This document shows, one piece after another, positions 41,714 to 51,340 of a DNA stretch of 64,000 nt. The DNA lies in assembly GCA_963716175.1 (NCBI GenBank), contig OY970296.1, positions 3,584,001 through 3,648,000 of the forward strand, given 5' to 3'. Under the pieces are notes generated by a model that ran no database searches, had not been told where the DNA came from, and saw only the letters and a list, made by a program, of their open reading frames with translations. Each line of letters begins with the position of its first letter. Position 1 is the stretch's first letter. Origin of the DNA: an uncultured Armatimonadetes bacterium (GTDB taxonomy: Bacteria; Armatimonadota; Hebobacteria; Hebobacterales; Hebobacteraceae). The position numbers were made by a program, and so were the translations under genes.

Positions 41714-42190
41714 CTACCACTCCAGGACCTCAATCTCGCCCTGGTACGGCCACTTATCGGCCGAGTCTACCAGTCTCGCCCGCTCTGGGTTGAGGCGGAC
41801 GTAGTCCCACTTTTCCGAGTATGATTCAGACTTCCGGAGAAGGTGGTCGAAGAACTCAAGCTGCCACGCGAATGTGGCGAGACAACTTTGGCGAATCCTC
41901 CGCTGCGCCCATCGTTTCCAACTTCCGATGAAGCGACTCAGCTCGCTCGCCTCGTCGTGTCGGGGTCCTGCAAAGAAGTGCACATGGTCCGGCATCACCA
42001 CATACCGACCCACACACCACTGATGTATGTCACCCGCGGCTTGCCAGGCATCCACCAGGAGCTTAGCTACCGGCTGGTCTGCAAGCACGGGCCTGCGATC
42101 TCGCACGCAGCAAGTGATCAAGTAGACCGGCTGCCGCCCGCGATGTCCATAGATACGGTCGAGTCGTGTGAGGTGCTTGCGTTCAGGCAC
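41714..42190 (-). mobile_element. rayT: REP-associated tyrosine transposase (RAYT/TnpA-REP, Y1 HUH family)
   Basis: YLITCC, YVVMPDHVHF (HUH), WQ..FFDHLLR, YVRLNP..ARLV...WPY; REPs on both sides. Confidence 0.92.
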
Positions 42191-42205
42191 GCGTTTTGAT
42201 CTTTC

Positions 42206-42231
42206 GGCGGGCACGCCAGTGTCCGCCCTAC
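42206..42231 (-). repeat. GTAG-REP upstream of RAYT, overlapping the mutS2 stop
   Basis: ggcgggcac-gcca-gtgtccgccctac. Confidence 0.85.
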
Positions 42232-44687
42232 AGGGGCTCCCCCAGCTCCACAATGGTCACGCCGGAGTCGCCCTGCCCGTGCTCGCCGAGGTGGAACGAC
42301 TTCACCAAAGGATGCTCCTTCAGCCGGGCGTGCACGGCCGCGCGAATGGCGCCGGTGCCCTTGCCGTGCACGATGCGAACGCGGTCGTGGTGGGCGAGGG
42401 CGGCGCGGTCGAGGTAGCGATCCAGCTCGTAGACGGCCGGCTCGGCGCGCAGGCCTCGCAGGTGCAGCTCTGGCGGCACCGGTCCCGGGTCGGCGCGCAG
42501 CTCCGGTGGCGTGCGGGTCACGGTCACCAGGGCCTCTGGCGCGCGCGCCAGATCGGAGACATCCACGGTCACGCGCAGAATGCCCACCTGCACCGCGACC
42601 TGCCCCTGCTCGTCAGGTGGAGACAGCACGCTCCCCCGCTGACCGATGCTCCGCACCGTCACCGCGTCGCCAGGCCTCAGGTCCCCCACCGGCTCCGGTT
42701 CCGGCTCCAGCTCGGCCGGCTTCTCCTCCTCCACCTCGGCAGTGGCCTCGGCCGCCTCCTCCGAGATTCCGGCCAGCTCCTGCCGCGCCACCTGGCTCAC
42801 CTCCGCGGGTTCCGCCACACGGAGGGCGGACGGATGCGGCAGCGCGTAGCGGGCGGCCTGCTCGGCCTCCCAAGCGATCGCCTCCTGGGCCGCCCTCGCC
42901 TCCTGCACGGACTGGCGCAGCAGGTTGAGTAAGTCCTCGGTGCGCTGCTTGGCGCGGGAGACAATGCGGCGGGCCTCGTCCCGCGCCTGGCGCAGAAGGT
43001 CCTTCCGCTCGTTTTTCAGCTCATCGAGCAAGCGCTGATACTCGCCGCGATTGCGCTCCAGGTCCATGCGCGCCTTCGCCGCCTCTCTCCGCTCCTCCGC
43101 GAGATCGCGCTGATCCCGTTCCGCCCGCTGGATCACCTCGTGCAGCGCCACCTGGGCCTCGCCCATGGTCGCCGCGGCCTCGCGCAGCACCGAGGCTGCT
43201 ATCCCCAGCCGGGAGGCGATGGCGAAAGCGTTGCTGCTGCCCGGCAGTCCGATGCGCACCTCGAAGGTTGGCTCCAGGGTCGCGGGGTCGAACTCCACGC
43301 TCGCGTTCTGGACACCGGGCTGAGTGTAGGCGAAGGACTTCAGCTCGCCGTAGTGGGTGGTGGCCATCACTCGCGAGCCTCGCCGCAGCAGCTCCAGGAT
43401 GATCGCCTTCGCCAGCGCCGACCCTTCCGCGGGGTCGGTGCCGGCGCCGATCTCGTCCAGCAGCACCAGGGAGTTGCCGCCGGCCTGATCGAGCACGTTC
43501 ACGATCTGCGTCACGTGGGAGGAGAAAGTGGAGAGGTTCTGCTGAATGCTCTGCTCATCGCCGATGTCGGCGAACACCTGGCTGTAGATCGCGATCCGGC
43601 TGCCAGACGCGGCCGGGATGTGCATCCCCGACTGCGCCATCAGAGTCAGCAACCCCACGGTCTTCAGAGTCACGGTCTTCCCACCGGTGTTGGGGCCGGT
43701 GAGGATGAGGGCGTTGAACTCATCCCCTAGCCGGATATCGATGGGCACCACGTTCCCGGCCAGCAGCGGGTGCCGGGCAGCGACCAGGTCCACCTTGCTC
43801 TGGGTGTTCAGCTCCGGCTCGGTCGCTCCCATCTGTTCCGCCAGGCCGGCGCGGGCGAAGATCAGGTCCAGCGCGGCCAGCGCGCGCATGGAGTCCAGGA
43901 TCTCATCGGCGCGCTCGCCCACCTGGAGGCTGAGCCTGGCGAGGATGCGGCGCACTTCGTGCTCCTCCGCCGCCTTCGCCTCCCGCAGCTCGTTGTTGGG
44001 ATCCACCACCAGGAAGGGCTCCATGAACACCGTGGCGCCGCTGGCCGAAGTGTCGTGCACGATGCCGCGGAACTCGCCCTTGAACTCGCTGCGCACCGGC
44101 ACGCAGTAGCGCCCGTTGCGCACCGTGACGATCGGCTCCTGGATGATGCGGGCATAGCGGGGGGAGTGGATGATCGCCTCCAGGCGCTTCTCCACCACGT
44201 CGTGCAGCCGGCGCAGGCGGGCGCGGATGGTCCTGAGTTGATCGCTGGCGCCGTCCACCACCTCACCGCGGTTATCTATGCTGCCTTCAATCGCCTGCTC
44301 GATCTCCTGGAATACGCCCAGCTCCTTTGCCTTCTCCACCACCAGGGGGGCGTCTACCTCTCCCCGCTGGAGGAAGGCACGCATGCGGCGAGAGGCATAG
44401 AGGGTGTCGGTCACCTCGAGTAAGTCCCGCGCCGCCAACACGCCGCCTCGGGCCGCGTTCAGCACTTGGGCGCGGACATCGTGAACCCCTCCCAGCGGCA
44501 CCCGGCCCGCGGCGGCGCGCAGCGCCCTCGCTTGCGTGGTCTCCGCCACCAGGCGGCGCACCACAGCGGGCTCCATCGCTGGCTCCAGCCGCGCGGCCAG
44601 CTCCTTGCCCAGCGCGCAGGAGGCCTGCTCGCCCAGGCGTTCGCGGATGGCGCCGTATTCCAGTACCCGGAGAGTGCGTGCGTCCAT
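42228..44687 (-). CDS. mutS2: endonuclease MutS2 (Smr domain)
   Basis: TGPNTGGKTV, DIGDEQSIQQNLSTFSSH, DEIGAGTDP, Smr LHLRG...IVHGKGTG. Confidence 0.96.
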   Translation of the reverse strand: MDARTLRVLEYGAIRERLGEQASCALGKELAARLEPAMEPAVVRRLVAETTQARALRAAAGRVPLGGVHDVRAQVLNAARGGVLAARDLLEVTDTLYASRRMRAFLQRGEVDAPLVVEKAKELGVFQEIEQAIEGSIDNRGEVVDGASDQLRTIRARLRRLHDVVEKRLEAIIHSPRYARIIQEPIVTVRNGRYCVPVRSEFKGEFRGIVHDTSASGATVFMEPFLVVDPNNELREAKAAEEHEVRRILARLSLQVGERADEILDSMRALAALDLIFARAGLAEQMGATEPELNTQSKVDLVAARHPLLAGNVVPIDIRLGDEFNALILTGPNTGGKTVTLKTVGLLTLMAQSGMHIPAASGSRIAIYSQVFADIGDEQSIQQNLSTFSSHVTQIVNVLDQAGGNSLVLLDEIGAGTDPAEGSALAKAIILELLRRGSRVMATTHYGELKSFAYTQPGVQNASVEFDPATLEPTFEVRIGLPGSSNAFAIASRLGIAASVLREAAATMGEAQVALHEVIQRAERDQRDLAEERREAAKARMDLERNRGEYQRLLDELKNERKDLLRQARDEARRIVSRAKQRTEDLLNLLRQSVQEARAAQEAIAWEAEQAARYALPHPSALRVAEPAEVSQVARQELAGISEEAAEATAEVEEEKPAELEPEPEPVGDLRPGDAVTVRSIGQRGSVLSPPDEQGQVAVQVGILRVTVDVSDLARAPEALVTVTRTPPELRADPGPVPPELHLRGLRAEPAVYELDRYLDRAALAHHDRVRIVHGKGTGAIRAAVHARLKEHPLVKSFHLGEHGQGDSGVTIVELGEPL

Positions 44688-44711
44688 GGAGAGTGATCGC
44701 CTTCAACTGTT

Positions 44712-44720
44712 AGTGTACCA
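44712..44720 (-). promoter_or_regulatory. extended -10 promoter of mutS2
   Basis: minus strand TGG-TACACT. Confidence 0.5.
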
Positions 44721-44799
44721 CACAGGCGCGAGGGCGGGGAAGAAGGGGCGGTCCGCCGCAGAGACGCAGCGGTCGCGGAGAGCGGATGGTATCGCGGCC

Positions 44800-44824
44800 G
44801 GCGGGCATAGCATGCCCGCCCTAC
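44800..44824 (-). repeat. GTAG-REP 3 nt after the SBP stop
   Basis: ggcgggcat-agc-atgcccgccctac. Confidence 0.85.
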
Positions 44825-44827
44825 AGG

Positions 44828-46120
44828 TTACTTGCTTGCCTCTAGGGCCTCCGTCACTTGCTCGGCCGCCTTCTTCGTTCCATCAGCAACCGAGACTTTG
44901 CCAATCCACATCATGTCGAGCTGCTCCTGGATGAAGTGGCTGATGCGATCCCAGTCGGGGATGTTGGGCGCGGCGTGAGCGTACTCCAGCGCCTCCACGA
45001 AAACGCGGCGGTTGTAGGCCACCTTCTGGCTCAGATAGGGCCCATTGGCCACCGACTGCCGGGAGGGCTGCTTCTCCAGCCCGGTCGCCATCACTGTCTG
45101 CGCCTGCGGCCCGAGTAGGAACTTAAACAGCTCCCAGGCCTCCTTGGGATACTTGGTCTTCGCGGCGATGGCGTAGTTCTCGGTGCCCAGCAGAGTGGCG
45201 TGCTGCTTCTTCTTGGGGAGGAGGGCGATGTCCCAGCGCAGAGTCTTCGCCTCCTGCATCGCCTGGATATCCCAGGCCCCCGTCTGGAACATGGCCACTT
45301 TCCCATTGGTGAACATGGCGATGTTCTGGCGCCTCTCGGCCATGGTGCTGGGAGGACAGACCCTGTACTTGTACCGGAGATTAACCAGGAACTGCAGCGC
45401 CTCTTGCGCCTCCGGCCTATCGAGCAGGCAGACCTTGCCACTGGGATCGAGAATCTCTCCCCCGTTCGCCCACACCCAGGGGTAGATGCGGGCGCCCCAG
45501 AAGTCTATCGTGCAGCCCATGCGCCTCCGCTCAGGGTCGGAGGTGTTCACCATGAGCTTCTGCGCGGCGGCCAGGTAATCGTTCCAGGTCCAGGAGTCAT
45601 CCGGATACTTGACCCCAGCGGCGTCGAAGAGGTCCTTGTTGTAGAACAGCACGTAGACAGAGGTGTAGCGCGGCAGGGAGTAGAGCTTGCCCTGCTTGCC
45701 CGCCGACCTTGTGGCGGGGTAGCGGCACGTCTCCACCAGCCTGGGGTAGAAGTCGCCCAGATCGAACTTCGGGTCATCCTTGATCAGCGGCTCCAGGTCC
45801 AGCAGCGATCCGTTCGCCGCCATGGGCATGAAGTAGGCGCCATGGATAGACATCACATCCGGCGGATTGCCGGCCGCCACCATCGCCTGGAGCTTGTCCA
45901 TGGCCCGGTCGCCGGGCTCATTGAGCACTTCGACACGCAGGCCAGGATGCTCGGCCTCGAACTCCTTGCAGAGCTTCTGGTTGGCCGCCAGCTCGGCCGG
46001 CCGGGTCCAGGTGAAGAGCGTGAGCTGGATAGGGCCGCGCTCCGCGACTGGCCGTTTCCCACCACAGCCGGCCAGCGCCACCAGCATAGAGCAGATAGCA
46101 AGCGCTCTCCATCTCATCAT
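44828..46120 (-). CDS. ABC transporter sugar-binding lipoprotein (orphan)
   Basis: lipobox LAGC; AGNPPDV, LFYNKDLFDAAG..YP...WTW, FTNGKVAM. Confidence 0.92.
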   Translation of the reverse strand: MMRWRALAICSMLVALAGCGGKRPVAERGPIQLTLFTWTRPAELAANQKLCKEFEAEHPGLRVEVLNEPGDRAMDKLQAMVAAGNPPDVMSIHGAYFMPMAANGSLLDLEPLIKDDPKFDLGDFYPRLVETCRYPATRSAGKQGKLYSLPRYTSVYVLFYNKDLFDAAGVKYPDDSWTWNDYLAAAQKLMVNTSDPERRRMGCTIDFWGARIYPWVWANGGEILDPSGKVCLLDRPEAQEALQFLVNLRYKYRVCPPSTMAERRQNIAMFTNGKVAMFQTGAWDIQAMQEAKTLRWDIALLPKKKQHATLLGTENYAIAAKTKYPKEAWELFKFLLGPQAQTVMATGLEKQPSRQSVANGPYLSQKVAYNRRVFVEALEYAHAAPNIPDWDRISHFIQEQLDMMWIGKVSVADGTKKAAEQVTEALEASK

Positions 46121-46121
46121 C

Positions 46122-46877
46122 CTATCCCTCTCTCTCCCACCCTGGGCCAGGCGGACAGTCCGCGTCGGCCGGGATCACCGCCTCCCGCCGGGGCCGAAAG
46201 CCGCAGCTCCGGGATTCTTCGTCACAGTATCCCATAGCATTAGGGTGGCACTTCACCACCATGTACTTCGCGATCAGAGGGAACTGGGGCTCCAGCGCGC
46301 GGCGGCACTGCCCCAGCAGCTCGCGGATCTCCCACTGGGCCCGGCTGCACATCCGCACCCGGCACACGTGCAGCAGGTTGCGCAGGTTCGTGGTCCAGAT
46401 TAGGTTGGTCTTGCCGGCATTGGGGATGATGTAGCGCGCATCTTCTTGCGCCTGCTCGCCCTTCTTGCCCTCGGCCTTGAACTGGTCCACCACCGACCGG
46501 TAGTAACTCACCGTCTGCGCCACGACTGCTTCGAACCGCCCGCCATCCCCAGCCAGCGAGGCGGGCTTTACGAAGTAGTCCGGATCGCCTACATCCACGT
46601 ACCGCTGCGACTGCTGGTTGTAGGAGCCCATGCGGTGGCGCACCAGCTGATGCGAGCAGGCGCGGCTGATGCCCTCGATGCCGAAGGTGAATGCCGGGTG
46701 CTCGAGGGTCGAGCCGTGCCCTTGCCGGATCAGCTCCTCGAACAGCCGGCTGCGCAGCTCCTCTCGCCCGGCCCGCCGGTAGGCCTCCTCCGGGCTTCCC
46801 TTCTGATAGCAGAGCAGCGCCGCCGCCACCACCAGCCGCTCCGGCTCCGGGGTATGAGCAAGGAGTGTCACCCTCAA
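46122..46877 (-). CDS. thyX: flavin-dependent thymidylate synthase
   Basis: GHGSTLEH, SRACSHQLVRHRMGSYNQQSQRYV, EDARY, AQWEIR; TTG start with GGAG SD. Confidence 0.95.
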   Translation of the reverse strand: MRVTLLAHTPEPERLVVAAALLCYQKGSPEEAYRRAGREELRSRLFEELIRQGHGSTLEHPAFTFGIEGISRACSHQLVRHRMGSYNQQSQRYVDVGDPDYFVKPASLAGDGGRFEAVVAQTVSYYRSVVDQFKAEGKKGEQAQEDARYIIPNAGKTNLIWTTNLRNLLHVCRVRMCSRAQWEIRELLGQCRRALEPQFPLIAKYMVVKCHPNAMGYCDEESRSCGFRPRREAVIPADADCPPGPGWEREG

Positions 46878-46898
46878 TGTTTGTCTCCGTGGGTGTGT

Positions 46899-47051
46899 GT
46901 AGGGCGGGCATTCCCATGCCCGCCAGTTTCTTCGCTGGGCAGGAGACACGCTCCTGCCCGACCGGAACGGCCGGCGGGCACGCCCATCGCCGCGCTCCGA
47001 GACATGCCCGCCCTACAGAGCTTCGCCGAATGAAGTAACACGGCGAAGCTC
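46899..47051. repeat. inverted REP pair (46899-46924 +, 46973-47016 -) plus 11-bp hairpin 47018-47051
   Basis: gtagggcgggcattcccatgcccgcc; ggcgggcacgc[insert]cgagacatgcccgccctac; gagcttcgccg/cggcgaagctc. Confidence 0.82.
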
Positions 47052-47112
47052 AAGAGGCGGCCCAGACGGGCACAGGGCGATGTCCGCACATTACTTCGTT
47101 GTGCGAACATCA

Positions 47113-48198
47113 TTAGAGGGGCTGGCAGCGGACGCGGGTAGGGGCGCCGTCTTCGATCTCGATATGCGTGCCCAGGATCGCCCGGGCGACCTGCGCGGCC
47201 GAGCGCAGGTGGTCTGTGGCCCGAGCCGTGGTGAACTCCGACCGGCCCTCGGCCAGGGCTAACCATACCAGCAACTGGTCGGCCAGGTGGCTGTCCACCG
47301 CGGCCTCACCTGCCAGCTCGGACAGCAGAGCCCGCGCGGCCTCCTCCCCTACTTGCTCGGCGCGCCGGCCCCGGCGGCCCAGGGCGCTGCCGCCGAGCCT
47401 ACTTCGCCGAAGCAGCCCAGGCTGTTCCGGCTGCGAAGGCTGAAAGCGTCGGCCCCCCTCGCACTCGGCCCAAAGCGTGATCGCGCAGCCCTCACTCCGG
47501 CCCGAGCTGCCGATCTCCAGCTCGATCTGCGCCTCCGCGTGACCCGCGGTTCGCAACACAGCGAGGGCCGCGTCTCTCATCCGCTGCGCGATATGCGCGG
47601 GCAGGCCCAGGCTGCACGCCCGGCCGCGAATGGACAACACCCTCCCCCTCTGCGTCCAGCCGATGGCGCGAAGAGTGGGTGAGGGAGAGATCCTCACCTC
47701 TATCTCGCCACCACCCCTGGGATAGAAGCCGCGCATCACCAGCCGGCTATCCACGGCGGGGCCAAGTTCGGCCAGCGCTGGGAGGAAGACCTGCGCGAAG
47801 TAATCGTAAGGAGGGGCGAAGGGAACATCGGTGCCGCCGACCAGGGTCAAGCTGGATTCGCTCGGCGCGTGCGAAAGCGCGGGCAAAAGGCATTGCAGCA
47901 CCAGGGTGAGGCTGCCCGCGGTGCCGACATCCAGCCGCCAGTCCGTCCGGCTCTCGATCTCACCCGGCCAGAACTCGATCTCGCGAGAGCCAATCTCTGC
48001 GCCCACCAGCTTCGCCCGGCAGGCCTGAGCCGCCGCCCTTACCGCCATCAGGTGCTGCGGCCGCAGGCCCGGCCGCGGTCTAGCGCCGCGGATGTTCGCC
48101 ACCCGAACGGGCCGGCCGCTCACCGCGGAGAGGGCCACCGCGTTGCGCAGGATCTGGCCGCCGCCCTCCGCGCCGTCAATGGTAACGGGATCGGGCAT
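47113..48198 (-). CDS. rtcA: RNA 3'-terminal phosphate cyclase
   Basis: EGGGQILR, PGLRPQHL, GGTDV..APP, GFYPRGGG, catalytic His in VDSHLADQL. Confidence 0.95.
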   Translation of the reverse strand: MPDPVTIDGAEGGGQILRNAVALSAVSGRPVRVANIRGARPRPGLRPQHLMAVRAAAQACRAKLVGAEIGSREIEFWPGEIESRTDWRLDVGTAGSLTLVLQCLLPALSHAPSESSLTLVGGTDVPFAPPYDYFAQVFLPALAELGPAVDSRLVMRGFYPRGGGEIEVRISPSPTLRAIGWTQRGRVLSIRGRACSLGLPAHIAQRMRDAALAVLRTAGHAEAQIELEIGSSGRSEGCAITLWAECEGGRRFQPSQPEQPGLLRRSRLGGSALGRRGRRAEQVGEEAARALLSELAGEAAVDSHLADQLLVWLALAEGRSEFTTARATDHLRSAAQVARAILGTHIEIEDGAPTRVRCQPL

Positions 48199-48216
48199 GC
48201 GGCAGTAGTTCACGAT

Positions 48217-48310
48217 GGCAGGGGCAAGCCCCTGCCCAACTGTGAGGTGGCCCTGTGCAGTAGGGCAGGTCCGCGACCTGCCCGGGCGGGCATGGGAATG
48301 CCCGCCCTAC
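48217..48310. repeat. REP cluster (48217-48240 variant, 48260-48283 +, 48285-48310 -)
   Basis: gtagggcaggtc-cgc-gacctgccc; ggcgggcat-ggga-atgcccgccctac. Confidence 0.82.
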
Positions 48311-49563
48311 AGGTCGGCGACCAACTCCTCGGCCTGCCCCACCGATTCCGCCAGCGCACCCAGCCCGCGGTCCAAGTCGTCCTCGGGGATGGTAAGGGCG
48401 GGTTCGATGCGGATCACCTCGGGATTGTTCAGGGTGTAGGCGGCGATCACCCGCCGCTGGAGCAGGCCCGCGATCACCAGCCCGGCGATGTCTGAATCGG
48501 TGAACTGGACCCCGATCAGCAGGCCCCGGCCTCGCACCTCGGCCACGATGCCGGGGTGCTCGGTCTTGATGGCGGCAAGGCGCGCCAGCGCATGCTCGCC
48601 CAGCCGCCGCGCCCGGGCCGGCAGATCTCTCTGCTGGATCTCGCGCAGCGCGGCCAGGCCCGCAGCACAGGCGAGAGGGTTGCCCCCCAGCGTGGAGGAA
48701 TGGAGATAGGGGTTGGTCTCCAGCGCGGCCCAGATCGGCGGGGTGCTGGCGAATGCGCCCAGGGGCATCACTCCCCCACCCAGCGCCTTCGCCAGACAGA
48801 TGATGTCCGGCGCCACCCCCGCTTGCTGGCAGGCGAACATGGCGCCGGTGCGCCCGAACCCGGTCTGGACTTCATCCAGGATGAGCAGCGCTCCAGTGCG
48901 ATCGCAGACCGCGCGCGCCGCTGCGAGATAATCGTCGGGGGGCACGATCACCCCGCCTTCGCCCTGGATCGGCTCCAGTATCACGGCTGCGGTCCGGCTG
49001 TCCACCTCCCTCTCCAGCGCGCCGGCATCGCCGAACGGCACTTGGGTCACGCCTGGCAAGAGCGGCTGAAAGGGCCTGCGGTATACCTCGCGCCCGGAGA
49101 CGCTGAGCGCGCCGAATGTCTTGCCGTGGAAGCCTCCCTCCGCGGCCACGATGCCAGGCCGGCCGCTGTGCAGCCGGGCCAGCTTGAGGGCCCCCTCCAC
49201 CGCCTCCGTCCCACTGTGACAGAAGAACGATTTCTCTATGGCGCCGGGCAGGAGATCGCCCAGCGCGGCCGCCAGGTCGGCGGCCGGTAGGCTGAAGAGC
49301 ACGCGGGAGGCCAGAGGCATACGGTCGAGCTGCTCCTTGACCGCTGCCACCACGGCCGGAGGCCGGTGGCCCAGGGCCATGGTCCCGAACCCGGAGAGCA
49401 GGTCCAGGTACTCCCGGCCCTCGCTGTCCCAGATGCTGGAGCCCTCGGCGCGCCACTCCACCGCTTCCGCGCCCATGAATTTGTGCAGGCTGGCGATGCC
49501 CGCGTTCAAGTAGCGCTGGTAGCGCGCCACCACCTGCCCGACATTGATGGTCTCGGCGCTCAC
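48307..49563 (-). CDS. class III aminotransferase (putrescine aminotransferase-like)
   Basis: SGTEAVEGALK, FHGKT, EPIQGEGG, DEVQTGFGRTG, AKALGGG, IRIEPAL. Confidence 0.9.
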   Translation of the reverse strand: MSAETINVGQVVARYQRYLNAGIASLHKFMGAEAVEWRAEGSSIWDSEGREYLDLLSGFGTMALGHRPPAVVAAVKEQLDRMPLASRVLFSLPAADLAAALGDLLPGAIEKSFFCHSGTEAVEGALKLARLHSGRPGIVAAEGGFHGKTFGALSVSGREVYRRPFQPLLPGVTQVPFGDAGALEREVDSRTAAVILEPIQGEGGVIVPPDDYLAAARAVCDRTGALLILDEVQTGFGRTGAMFACQQAGVAPDIICLAKALGGGVMPLGAFASTPPIWAALETNPYLHSSTLGGNPLACAAGLAALREIQQRDLPARARRLGEHALARLAAIKTEHPGIVAEVRGRGLLIGVQFTDSDIAGLVIAGLLQRRVIAAYTLNNPEVIRIEPALTIPEDDLDRGLGALAESVGQAEELVADL

Positions 49564-49568
49564 TGCTC

Positions 49569-50987
49569 CTATCCCCGTGCTGGCGCCGCGGAGGGAGCAG
49601 CGGACGTGGCGGGAGCAAACTGCCGTCCGAGGGCCAGGTCGAGCTGGGCCACCGCCAGGTTGAGGCCATAGATGGCCTGGTTCAACCGCGTCTTTGCCCC
49701 CTCCAGGTTGGCCTCGGCATCGAGGATCTCGACACTGGTGCCGACGCCCTCCTGGTAGCGAAGGGTGGCGATGCGGTGGGCCTCCTGGGCCTGCTCTGTT
49801 TCCTTGTGCGCGGCCAGCAGCGAAGCTTGCGTCGCCTCCAGCGCCAGGTAGGCCGTCTTCACATCCAGGCCTACCTGAAGCCTGACAACCTCCACGCCCT
49901 GCTCGGCCTGCCGCAGCCTGGCTTGAGCGGCGCGGATCTCGCCCGTCACCTGGCCGGCGTTGAAGAGACTCCAGTTGGCGGACACCGAGAGCGCTCCGCT
50001 GCTCTGCGATACCACCAGCTCCGTCCCCGGGGGCAGGCCCAACTGCTCGCCGGCTACCGTGGTCTTGGGCAACAGGCTGTAGTCAATGCTGGCGGAGACG
50101 GTTGGCTTCCGCGCTGCCCGCGCGATGGAGACCTGGGCCTTGGCGGTGGCCACCTCGGCGCGCGCCACCTTGATGTCGGGACGCTGAGCCAGCGCTTCCT
50201 GGGTAAGGTCGGCCAGACCGGCCTCGGTGACCGACATCCGTGGGGGCGTGCTGAGCTTAGTCCCCGCTGGCAGGGAGACGCCCAGCGCAGTGCTGAAGCT
50301 CGCCCAATTCGTGTCCCGGCTGGCCCGGGCCGAGATCAGCTCCTGTTGCACGCGCGCCACCCGGGCCTCGGCCGCCAGCACGTCGTACTGGGGGGCCACA
50401 CCCGCCTCGTAGCGGAGCCTGGCGACACGCAGGTGCTCCTCGGCCGAGCTCACCACCTCCTCCGCCACTTTGACCCCCTCTTCTGCAGTCAGCACGGCAT
50501 AGTAATTCCCGCGAACCAGGAAGGCGATCTGCTGCTTGGCGCGGTCATGAGTGGCCTGGGAGCCGTGCAGCACGTTCCGCGCCGCCTCCACTCCCTGTCG
50601 CAGGCTGCCGGCCGTGTACAGGGGCTGGCTCAGGCTGAAGGTGGTGTTGTAGGTGGTGGTTCGCGACTGAAAGGTGAACGGAGGCAGGTTGACGGGAGTG
50701 ACGCGCTGGGAGCTGACCTCCAGGCGGGGCCCGAGGTACGATAGCGCCTGGATCACTTGACCGCGGCTTACCCACACCCCCTCCTGTGCGATCGCCACCG
50801 TGGGGTTGTACTGAAGCGCGATTCCTATCGCCTGCTCGACAGAGAGTGTGCTTGGCACCAGGCCCGGCGGCGAAGGAGCGACCGCGCCGATGTCGGGCGG
50901 CGCCTCCTCGGCCAAAGCAAGACAGGAGACGCAGGCCAGTGCCACTGCAAGCAGCAAGACGACTTTACACCTGGGCGAAACTGTCAT
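49569..50987 (-). CDS. TolC family outer membrane protein
   Basis: signal peptide; LSVEQAIGIALQYNP, RYEAGVA, ALAQRPDI, RYQEGVGTSVEILDAE. Confidence 0.9.
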   Translation of the reverse strand: MTVSPRCKVVLLLAVALACVSCLALAEEAPPDIGAVAPSPPGLVPSTLSVEQAIGIALQYNPTVAIAQEGVWVSRGQVIQALSYLGPRLEVSSQRVTPVNLPPFTFQSRTTTYNTTFSLSQPLYTAGSLRQGVEAARNVLHGSQATHDRAKQQIAFLVRGNYYAVLTAEEGVKVAEEVVSSAEEHLRVARLRYEAGVAPQYDVLAAEARVARVQQELISARASRDTNWASFSTALGVSLPAGTKLSTPPRMSVTEAGLADLTQEALAQRPDIKVARAEVATAKAQVSIARAARKPTVSASIDYSLLPKTTVAGEQLGLPPGTELVVSQSSGALSVSANWSLFNAGQVTGEIRAAQARLRQAEQGVEVVRLQVGLDVKTAYLALEATQASLLAAHKETEQAQEAHRIATLRYQEGVGTSVEILDAEANLEGAKTRLNQAIYGLNLAVAQLDLALGRQFAPATSAAPSAAPARG

Positions 50988-51127
50988 GGGAACCCTCGGC
51001 CTCTCTGCGCGCATCCCGCGTCGGCCGCGGCCGCGCAGTGGAATCGCTAGGCTATTCTGCGGGCGCGCGACGCTTCCTGCCCGTAAGCGGGAGGCGGTAG
51101 GACGACTTCCCGGCGGCGCCGAAGCCA

Positions 51128-51340
51128 GTGACCGTGAACCAGCCGGCACCCATCCACCTGGGAGATGAGGTTCAGATGCGGAAGCCCCACGCCTGTGGGG
51201 CCAATCACTGGACCGTCATCCGCATCGGAGCGGATATTCGCATCCGCTGCCTGAACTGCGGCCGGGCGGTCCTCCTGCCCAGGACGCGGTTCCTGCGGGC
51301 GAGGAAGAAGGTGCTGAAAGCGGGGCCGGACACACTCTAG
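51128..51340 (+). CDS. DUF951 family protein
   Basis: [16 protein letters not shown]...[15 protein letters not shown]. Confidence 0.92.
   Translation: MTVNQPAPIHLGDEVQMRKPHACGANHWTVIRIGADIRIRCLNCGRAVLLPRTRFLRARKKVLKAGPDTL

Noticed and set aside
41714-42190. IS200/IS605 element with TnpB
   Set aside because: No tnpB; the motifs (MPDHVH, WQ..F.DH..R, Y...NP) and flanking GTAG hairpins fit RAYT
46878-46949. N-terminal extensions in the ORF track for thyX, RAYT, the TPR gene and 63463 (WECPPY, AGTPVPA, MLSAAKHL peptides)
   Set aside because: These are translations of REP/repeat DNA; better starts lie downstream
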